Shown here one piece after another: positions 57,050 through 64,000 of a stretch of DNA of 64,000 bases. Every line of letters begins with the position of its first letter. Position 1 is the stretch's first letter. The position numbers and the translations under genes are program-made. This stretch comes from Candidatus Latescibacterota bacterium (lineage in GTDB: Bacteria; Latescibacterota; UBA2968; UBA8231). Location: positions 480,001-544,000 of the forward strand of contig CBDETK010000013.1 in the NCBI GenBank assembly GCA_965242865.1. The letters are read 5' to 3'. The notes beneath the pieces were generated by a model, which had not been told where the DNA came from, did no database searches, and worked only from the letters and a program-made list of their open reading frames with translations.

Positions 57050-58343
57050 CTTGGGGTATCCTCTGGGCTTGGGTCATCATGCCGCGCAGGGGTTTGCCTT
57101 GGTATTCGGCGCGGTCCGGGTTGTAATACTCCCACACAATTTCGCCGGCCGGCGTGACTTCGAGCAAGCGGCCGCGTTGCGATTCCGTGATGAGGGTGTT
57201 GCCGTTGGGCAGGCGCTGTTGGGCGCCGCGGATCCAACTGTCGAACCGCTGGTCCGGGCTGGTGCCTTGGTACTGCCAGTAAATTTCGTGCGTAAAGAGG
57301 TCGATTTCGAGGACGCGGCTCGGGCCGAAGGGGTGGCCGCGCAGGCCCTGATTGTCGAAGAGCAGGACGCGGCCGTTGGGCAGCAGGTCGGGGTCGTGCT
57401 GCTGTTTCCAGATTCCTTCTCCATACCAGATCACTTGTTGCTCGCTGGGATCGACGATGATGAGGGCGTTGGGGTTGCGGAGGGAAATGAGCAGGTCGCC
57501 GGCTTTGATGCGCGGGACGCGGGCGGCCCACGCCGGCGGAATCAGCCGAATGGCGTTGGTGTGGGTGACTTCGCTGTGGCGGGTGGTCTGATAGCGGTCA
57601 AACACGCTGCGGTACGGCGAGTTTTTCAGGGCGCGAAAGATGGAAAAGCGCCGCTTCTCTTGGCCGGTTTGCCCGTCGATGACCACGGCAAAATCCTCGA
57701 TGTACGGGGGTTGGATGTTGCCGATGGGCGCAGTGCCGATTTCTTGCACCAGCGCGTAGATGTTGCCCTCGCCGTCGAGGTCGAAGTCGTGGTGGGCACT
57801 GCCGGTGTATTTCCAGATTACCTGTGAGTTTTTGTCCAGCTTGACGAGGCCGTAGCCGTAGGGGTAGTGGTTGACGTAATCGTGGTTGGCGAGCAGGTCG
57901 CCGTTGGGGTACAGGTGGGTGCGGTGCCAGTGCAGCATGTCGGGTTGCTGGGGGAAGGCGGCAAAGTCGTCTTCGTCAAAGGCGGCGGCAAAGTCGCATT
58001 GCCATTGGTGGACGATGGTGCCGAGGGAGTCCATGAGCACGGCCGCGGTGGCGTTTTTGGATACGAGGGTCAGCCCGGGCTGCATGGCGTCGGCGTTGTG
58101 GATGACGGCCCCGGACAGCGCGCTGGCGTCTTCAAACCACATAGTGCTGGTGAATTGGTTTTTGGTGTCGGTGAGGTGTTCGTAGAGATAGGCGAGGTGC
58201 CCGTAGGCGTTGACGGCCGGGATGCGGATGTCGGGCGCGGGGGCGAGGTGGAAGATCGCCGACACGACGCCGTAGATGTACGAGAGGAAGAGCAGGCAGC
58301 AGATTAGGGTGGCGATGTAGGCTTTGTGGAGGAAGGACGACAT
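57024..58343 (-). CDS. Arylsulfotransferase (ASST) family protein
   Basis: AHHD, THTNAI, QQHD..LPNG..LLFDN, AQQRLPNGNTLITE. Confidence 0.88.
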   Translation of the reverse strand: MSSFLHKAYIATLICCLLFLSYIYGVVSAIFHLAPAPDIRIPAVNAYGHLAYLYEHLTDTKNQFTSTMWFEDASALSGAVIHNADAMQPGLTLVSKNATAAVLMDSLGTIVHQWQCDFAAAFDEDDFAAFPQQPDMLHWHRTHLYPNGDLLANHDYVNHYPYGYGLVKLDKNSQVIWKYTGSAHHDFDLDGEGNIYALVQEIGTAPIGNIQPPYIEDFAVVIDGQTGQEKRRFSIFRALKNSPYRSVFDRYQTTRHSEVTHTNAIRLIPPAWAARVPRIKAGDLLISLRNPNALIIVDPSEQQVIWYGEGIWKQQHDPDLLPNGRVLLFDNQGLRGHPFGPSRVLEIDLFTHEIYWQYQGTSPDQRFDSWIRGAQQRLPNGNTLITESQRGRLLEVTPAGEIVWEYYNPDRAEYQGKPLRGMMTQAQRIPQDALPFVEN

Positions 58344-58392
58344 GGACTAGCTTATCGTAAATTCAACAGGATGGTATCGAGTGCGACCCGCG

Positions 58393-58599
58393 TCATCGGC
58401 TCGGTCTTCGCACCGCCCGTCTGGATTCGGCGATCACCTGTTCGATCTCTTCGGAGGGTATATCCTTAAAGCTCATGCGAAATCGCTCTACGGCTTCGCG
58501 GACATCTTCGCGGGGCTGATCCGGATCATCTTCCTCTATGCGAATGAAGGCCCTAACCTTGGTCTCCAAGAATCTCCTCCACTTTGCATTGGTCTCCAA
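58393..58599 (-). CDS. Small hypothetical protein or antitoxin-like fragment
   Basis: Short charged helical ORF overlapping the duplicated 3' end of the UPF0175 gene. Confidence 0.35.
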   Translation of the reverse strand: METNAKWRRFLETKVRAFIRIEEDDPDQPREDVREAVERFRMSFKDIPSEEIEQVIAESRRAVRRPSR

Positions 58600-58837
58600 G
58601 AATCTCCTCCACTCCGCAGTCGTTGATTGGGATTTGGCACTGGGAGAGGAGTGCCAGAAATGCGCGATAGGAGAGGCCCAACAGTTCGGCCCCTTTGCGA
58701 ATGGAGATGCGCCTTTGGCGGAAAAGGTCCAGCACCACGGCTTCTTTTATTGCGGCAGAGGCCGTGGCCGCGTCTGTCCAGAGGCCCTCGACTAGGGACT
58801 GGGGAAATTCTAGGGAAAGTTTGATCGTGTCTGCCAA
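58553..58837 (-). CDS. UPF0175-family protein
   Basis: LFRQRRISIRKGAELLGLS...FL; AGGAGG RBS. Confidence 0.75.
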   Translation of the reverse strand: MADTIKLSLEFPQSLVEGLWTDAATASAAIKEAVVLDLFRQRRISIRKGAELLGLSYRAFLALLSQCQIPINDCGVEEILGDQCKVEEILGDQG

Positions 58838-58897
58838 AATAGCCTCCTATCTACTTCTATGAGTATATAGCGGAGGGGTGCTTTTTGGCAACGGCGG

Positions 58898-59854
58898 CTA
58901 GCGCGGGTTGGGGGTGATGAGGACGGTGGCGGGGTCTATGTTGAAATTCTCAAGGAGCCAACAGGCGTTTTTGTGCATTTCAATTGCGCTGCCGAAAAAG
59001 GTCGCCAACCATAGCTCCCCGATTTCTTGCTTGTAATAGAACTTCTTGCCGGTTGCATGAATCGGTTCCGTGTGTACAAGGTATCGTCTTGACCCCGTCT
59101 TATGCACTGGGCAATTCTGGGCGGAGATTTTGCCCATTTCAATCAAGTGCTCGGCAACACTTTTCAACAGATCGACCCAATGTTTAATCGGTTTTGTACT
59201 CGAGTCTGGAAACCTGATCTTGGCGTTTGGCGGCGGTTTCTTCCCCTTTTCTATTTTCAATGACTTAATCAGCACCCAATCGCCGTTGTTGGACGGCTTA
59301 ACGATCTCCTTTTCGCTGCTTGGCTCAGGTTCGGGCGAGGATTTTGTCATTACGGGTGTCGCCGTCGCCTGTGGCTTGCCACTCGCCAAATTAGGTCGCC
59401 ATAGACCCAAAGCCTGCAACGCGCAAGCATAAGGCTCGTCTTGCGTCAGTTGGAATTCCATCAGGACGCGATCTTCGAGTTGACCTCTATCAAACACGCC
59501 GAACATTTGCCAATGGTCGCCGTTCGTGACGACCATATAGTCAATATCAGCCGTGTTAGCGTAGTTGAGTACCTGCATCGTTTCCGCCTCATCCAGCGGA
59601 GTCCCAAGAACTTTAGCTTCAATCACGGCTATCGGTTTATCGCTTCCCATCAGCGCGTAGTCAACCCGCTTTCGCTTGATCCCGTATTCGAGTTCGACGG
59701 AATCGGGATTTTCAACGTCCCAGCCTAGTGCGCGAAGCATGGGATCAATGAGTGCCTGCCGCGTCCGCGTCTCATAGCCTTCTAAGTATGCGCGATGCGC
59801 CTGAATGCGCTCTCGTAGCGTTTCGATGGTTGCTTTCAGATCGTCTAATGCCAT
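58898..59854 (-). CDS. Stand-alone HsdR-N-like PD-(D/E)xK nuclease with unknown C-terminal domain
   Basis: ETRTRQALIDP.L.ALGW, VDYAL..IEAK, Q..NY, TNG..W. Confidence 0.82.
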   Translation of the reverse strand: MALDDLKATIETLRERIQAHRAYLEGYETRTRQALIDPMLRALGWDVENPDSVELEYGIKRKRVDYALMGSDKPIAVIEAKVLGTPLDEAETMQVLNYANTADIDYMVVTNGDHWQMFGVFDRGQLEDRVLMEFQLTQDEPYACALQALGLWRPNLASGKPQATATPVMTKSSPEPEPSSEKEIVKPSNNGDWVLIKSLKIEKGKKPPPNAKIRFPDSSTKPIKHWVDLLKSVAEHLIEMGKISAQNCPVHKTGSRRYLVHTEPIHATGKKFYYKQEIGELWLATFFGSAIEMHKNACWLLENFNIDPATVLITPNPR

Positions 59855-59919
59855 TGGGGTAGCTCCTTTGCGGACGGGCGTCGCGCCATATATTGGTATG
59901 AATATCCTTTCAATAAGCC

Positions 59920-61008
59920 ATGCAAACGGATTTTAATCAAACGCGGCTGATGCGTTTTTTCGGCTGGCTGGTGCATGCGCATCCGAACTTTTGGATCGAT
60001 GTGGGCAAGCTGGAGACGCGGCTGCTCAAGGGGCGGCTGGCGGGCCGAGCGGTAAAAGCCCCCATTTACGTCACCGGCTTGGCCCGCGCCGGCACGACCC
60101 TGCTGCTGAACCTACTCGCGTCCCACCCGCGACTGACCTCGTTCAAATACTGCGATTACTACGGCGCGTTCACGCCATTTTGGGCCGACCGCCTCTTTCG
60201 CGCGGCCGGCGTGGGTGCGGCGCGCAAACAAGAGCGCGCCCATGCCGACGGCGTGCTGGTCAACGCATACAGCCCGGAGGCCATGGAGGAAATCCTGTGG
60301 ATGCAGTTTTTCGATTATCTACACGACCCGGGCGTGAACAACGCGGTCGAGCGGCAAACCAGCCACCCGGAATTTGAGGCTTTTTACGCGGCGACCTTGA
60401 CCAAGCTGCTGCTGGCCCGCGGCCGCGAGCGCGTCGTCTCCAAAAACAACTACAACATCACGCGAATCGCGTATCTGGCCAAGCTATACGAGGACGCGCG
60501 CTTCGTCATTGCGGTGCGCCATCCGGTCGCGCACATCGCGTCCATGGCGCGCCAGCACCAGCGCAACTTGGCCCATTTCTCGTCCGCGGCTCACCGCCAG
60601 TACCTACGCAACGCCGGCCACTTTGAGTTCGGCCCCGAGCGCATCCCCATTACCATTGACCCAGAGAAAACGCAACACATCCAAACGCTGTGGGACGAGA
60701 GACGCGACGCCGAGGGCTGGGCTGAATACTGGAATGCGATCTACGCTTGGACCTACGAGGAGGTGCTGCAACACGACGCGCTCAAGACGCGCTGTTTGGT
60801 GGTGCCGTTTGAGCACTTGTGCTCGGCACCGCGGGCAAAAATTGCGGACCTGCTGGCGTTTTGCAACTTGGACGCGGACGCGGCGCAGATGCAGGGTTTA
60901 GCCGAGCAAGTCGCGCATCAACCCCAATACGAAGCGGCGTTCAGCGCGGCCGAGCGCGACGCCATCCTGCAAATCTGCGGCGCGACCGCGAAGAATTATG
61001 GGCTATAG
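59920..61008 (+). CDS. PAPS-dependent sulfotransferase family protein
   Basis: IYVTGLARAGTT P-loop; VRHPVAHIAS. Confidence 0.88.
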   Translation: MQTDFNQTRLMRFFGWLVHAHPNFWIDVGKLETRLLKGRLAGRAVKAPIYVTGLARAGTTLLLNLLASHPRLTSFKYCDYYGAFTPFWADRLFRAAGVGAARKQERAHADGVLVNAYSPEAMEEILWMQFFDYLHDPGVNNAVERQTSHPEFEAFYAATLTKLLLARGRERVVSKNNYNITRIAYLAKLYEDARFVIAVRHPVAHIASMARQHQRNLAHFSSAAHRQYLRNAGHFEFGPERIPITIDPEKTQHIQTLWDERRDAEGWAEYWNAIYAWTYEEVLQHDALKTRCLVVPFEHLCSAPRAKIADLLAFCNLDADAAQMQGLAEQVAHQPQYEAAFSAAERDAILQICGATAKNYGL

Positions 61009-61120
61009 CTATCCTAAATGACTTGAAAGCACGGAATGTTCATCGACGCTGTTTTTTGCATAGAGTCGTCATTCCCGCGAACGCGGGAATCCAGTCTTGA
61101 ATGATGTAGAATTGTATATA
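61004..61120. mobile_element. MITE-like element, copy 2
   Basis: Colinear with 11113-11231; contains CGTCATTCCCGCGAACGCGGGAATCC. Confidence 0.75.
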
Positions 61121-61155
61121 ATTCGCAGTCGTCCCAAACCAACACGAGGTGACCC

Positions 61156-63120
61156 ATGACTACCGCTGATCCAACGCCATTGTGGACGTCCTATCTGCTG
61201 CCCCGGCCGCGCGAGATTCGCATTGCCGACAGCGTCCGCTGTAAGCCGGGCGAAGTGGGCATTGCGTTGCGAGACCAAGCCGGGCCGATTGAGCAGCAGG
61301 GGGCCGCCGAGCTAAAAGCCCTGTTCGTTGAAAAGGGAGGAGCAAGGCCGGATGGACAGGGCTTTACCATCGACATTGGCGTCGCGCCGGCCAACAGCGC
61401 GGCTATTGAACGGCTTCACGGCGCGAAGAACGAGGCCCAAGCCTATCTCATTGCGCCCCGAGGACGCGACCGACTGGTGCTGACCGGCGCAGACGAGCGA
61501 GGCGTGTACTACGCCTGCCAGACCCTGCTCCAGTTGCTCGCACCCGAAATGAGCCGAGACCAAGTTCACATCCCCTTGGCCGAGGTGCTGGACTGGCCCG
61601 ATATGGACGAGCGGGGCCTGTGGAATTTTCCCGAGCCCGCGGCTTGGATTCCGTGGCTGGCCGCGCTCAAATTGAACTACGGCAAAATGGCCTCGACCCA
61701 GTTGCACCCCATTGAACGAGGGCGGCGCAACCGGGCCACCATCGACCGCGAACTGTACGAAGCGGCGCGGCGGCGGGCGTTCAATTACCTGCCGTACATT
61801 CTGCATCTCAATTTCCTGCACGACTGCGGCCTTTTCAGGGCCTATCCCGAATTAGCTGGCCGGGGAGACGGGGCGCTGACCGGCCGCTATTTTGCCCACA
61901 AGGAAGGCAATCAGCACCGGGTTCCCTGCGCTTCGCAGCCGCTGTTGGTGCAGATTCTGCAAGAGTGGATGGAGGATATCGCCGAGCAGGGGGCCGAGGA
62001 GATAAGCTGCTGGCTGAGCGAGCGGCCCGGGCAGTGCGACTGTCTCGAATGCACGGCGGTGGGGCAGTTCGTGCTGGAGGCGCGGGCGTTTGTCGCCGCT
62101 TGGCAGCAGGCCCAAAAGCGCTATCCCCAGTTGCAAATTCGCATCTTTTTATCCACCACCACCACCGAGCGCGATTATCGGGTGCTCGACGAGTTGCCCC
62201 CAGCCGTGAAAATTGAGCGGGCCTGCGCGACCGAGCTGGAGCGGGTGCTGCACCGGCCGCGCGATTTAACGGCCAATCCCCTGCTAGACCACTATGCGGC
62301 CGAGGGACGCTGGATCGCCAGTTACGATGTGCCCATTGCGGCCAATGGCCGGGTCGATACGCCCGAGTTCAAGGTGCCGCAACGTTCGGCCCACCGCTTG
62401 CGAGATTACATCGGCCAACTGGTGCGGCGGGGGTATAGCGGGGCTTATGGCATGATGGCTTGGGGTGGCCCCGAGCGCCAGATCTGCAGCTTTAATATCC
62501 ACGCCGTGGCCGAGTGGACTTGGAATAGTCGAGGCCGCGACGAAGCGGAATTTGCCTTGGCGTGGGCCCGGCGAGAAGGCTATGCCCAGCCCGAGGCCGT
62601 GGCCGAGTGGGCGACCTTGATGGGGCCGGTGGAATTCGATGTGTACGATTCCGATTTCCCGATATGCTATTCTTGGGGCCAAGCCGCCGCGATGGTGCGG
62701 CAGCGGCAGCGGCCCTATTTGGGCGAGGGAATGTTCCGCTACTATCTCACGGCCGAGGACTTCGACGCCAAAGCAGCGGTCTGCGACCGAGCCTTGGCAA
62801 TGGTCAAGGGCCTCGGGGAAGCGGAGTTGGCCCACGAGACGCGGGTGGTGCGGTCCTATGTGGAATTGGCGCGCGGCGTCTATTGGGTCGCCGAGCAGGT
62901 GGCGACCCTCGACTTAGCGGAGCTAAAAAACCAAGCGCGGGTGCGCGCCAGTCTCGATCGGTTGCAAAAGGCGGGGCGGGACAACGCCGCGGCCATTCGG
63001 ACTTGGCGCGCCAGCTTGGGCGGTGAGCCGTGGCACTACCGGGTCCACGATGCCATTAAGGGCGCGGAGACGACCGTGGCGGCTATCGTCCAATGCGTGG
63101 CCGACCGTTACTTGTATTGA
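61156..63120 (+). CDS. Protein with GH20-type zincin-like N-terminal domain and uncharacterised catalytic domain
   Basis: LLPRPREI, QAYLI, GADERGVYYACQTLLQL, DWP..ERG, LKLN. Confidence 0.75.
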   Translation: MTTADPTPLWTSYLLPRPREIRIADSVRCKPGEVGIALRDQAGPIEQQGAAELKALFVEKGGARPDGQGFTIDIGVAPANSAAIERLHGAKNEAQAYLIAPRGRDRLVLTGADERGVYYACQTLLQLLAPEMSRDQVHIPLAEVLDWPDMDERGLWNFPEPAAWIPWLAALKLNYGKMASTQLHPIERGRRNRATIDRELYEAARRRAFNYLPYILHLNFLHDCGLFRAYPELAGRGDGALTGRYFAHKEGNQHRVPCASQPLLVQILQEWMEDIAEQGAEEISCWLSERPGQCDCLECTAVGQFVLEARAFVAAWQQAQKRYPQLQIRIFLSTTTTERDYRVLDELPPAVKIERACATELERVLHRPRDLTANPLLDHYAAEGRWIASYDVPIAANGRVDTPEFKVPQRSAHRLRDYIGQLVRRGYSGAYGMMAWGGPERQICSFNIHAVAEWTWNSRGRDEAEFALAWARREGYAQPEAVAEWATLMGPVEFDVYDSDFPICYSWGQAAAMVRQRQRPYLGEGMFRYYLTAEDFDAKAAVCDRALAMVKGLGEAELAHETRVVRSYVELARGVYWVAEQVATLDLAELKNQARVRASLDRLQKAGRDNAAAIRTWRASLGGEPWHYRVHDAIKGAETTVAAIVQCVADRYLY

Positions 63121-63126
63121 GAGGTA

Positions 63127-63195
63127 ATGACACTCCAGACCATGGAGCGCGCGGCGCGGGTGCTGGGCAAAAAACTCCGCATTGAATTGGTTTGA
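63127..63195 (+). pseudogene. C-terminal remnant of an XRE-type HTH/antitoxin gene
   Basis: MTLQTMERAARVLGKKLRIELV-stop resembles the last helix and strand of XRE antitoxins. Confidence 0.5.
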
Positions 63196-63391
63196 CCGTA
63201 CCAAACCCTTGTCTGTGGTCGCGTCCTCCTCAATTGGCCTCGCCGGCGGCCGCCCTCGGCGTCGAGTCGCGCTAAACCGGCATGGAGCGCGTCTTCTGCC
63301 GGGGCTGGCTCGCCGGCGTCTAGCTAAAGGCTCGTCGTAGAACATCCTCCCAGTCGGCGCGAACCTCATCCCCTAGAACTCAACGCTCCGC

Positions 63392-64000
63392 TCACGGCGC
63401 GAACCGATAGACCACCGGCAACTGCGCCGGTTCTGTAACGCTAGCGTCCGTGTGATGGTAGATGTTGATGCGCCCGGCGCCGCAGTCGCCGAAATCGTCG
63501 CAGGAGAGCGTACCGCTCAGGCCCTGAAAGCCAGTCGTCGCGCTTAGTTGCTGGCGCAGCGCAGCGCGGTCCACCAACAGCTTCCCGTCCTCGGCCTCGG
63601 CCACCGCTTCAATGGCGTGGAGCAGCAGCGCGGTCGCGTCGTAGGCATGGGCCCAGTACGGCGAGGTCGGCGATTCTCCGTAGGTAGCTCTGTATGCGGC
63701 GAGCACTTCGTCTGCGCTCTTGCCGGTGACCCCATTGACGTTTGCGCTGTGATCCGTTTCCGGCCCGGCAAAGTATATGCCCTCCGACTGGGGGGTGCCG
63801 AGGAATTCGGACACGAGCAGAGCCGCGCCCGTGATGAGCGTGGTGCCTTCCAAGCCATCGAACTCCCGCGCCTGTTGGGCAAAGGGCGAGCCTTCCACCT
63901 CAAAGAGCGGGAAGAAGATGCCGTCGGGACCAGCGGCTGCAATTTCTGCGAGGACCTCCGTCATGTCCGCGTCGCCTTTCTGGATCTGGGCGATGACCGC
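63392..64000 (-). CDS. Branched-chain amino acid ABC transporter substrate-binding protein (5' end outside the window)
   Basis: DMTEVLAEI...PDGIF, AHAYDA..LL.AI, FQGLSG.LS.D..GD. Confidence 0.85.
   Translation of the reverse strand, partial: AVIAQIQKGDADMTEVLAEIAAAGPDGIFFPLFEVEGSPFAQQAREFDGLEGTTLITGAALLVSEFLGTPQSEGIYFAGPETDHSANVNGVTGKSADEVLAAYRATYGESPTSPYWAHAYDATALLLHAIEAVAEAEDGKLLVDRAALRQQLSATTGFQGLSGTLSCDDFGDCGAGRINIYHHTDASVTEPAQLPVVYRFAP

Overview
GC-rich bacterial window with no rRNA, tRNA or CRISPR array that I can see. The gene content (membrane-anchored ankyrin arrays, FG-GAP proteins with FlgD-type C-terminal tails, several PhyH dioxygenases, DUF6785-like membrane protein) suggests a Latescibacterota/Gemmatimonadota-like, possibly sponge-associated organism; this is inference only. 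Left to right: (1) three tandem ankyrin genes, a truncated Ser/Thr kinase, a dead/live pair of trypsin-TM-FHA proteins and a VWA protein; (2) a decayed IS110 element whose 5' non-coding end still shows a bridge-RNA layout, with putative guides spelling the GTCATTCCCGC palindromic repeat found elsewhere in the window; (3) three FG-GAP paralogs, one with a sigma-54 promoter and upstream 21-bp repeats; (4) a long co-oriented run: DUF4159, surface/TPR proteins, STAS/HATPase and STAS-wHTH regulators, nurA-HAS barrel-herA; (5) a type III R-M cassette bracketed by a 184-bp duplication of the herA 3' end; (6) catabolic and surface-modification genes interspersed with single defence-like genes (AAA+TOPRIM-like pair, GmrSD-like, HsdR-N nuclease). 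Family names come from motif recognition by eye, not from database searches.
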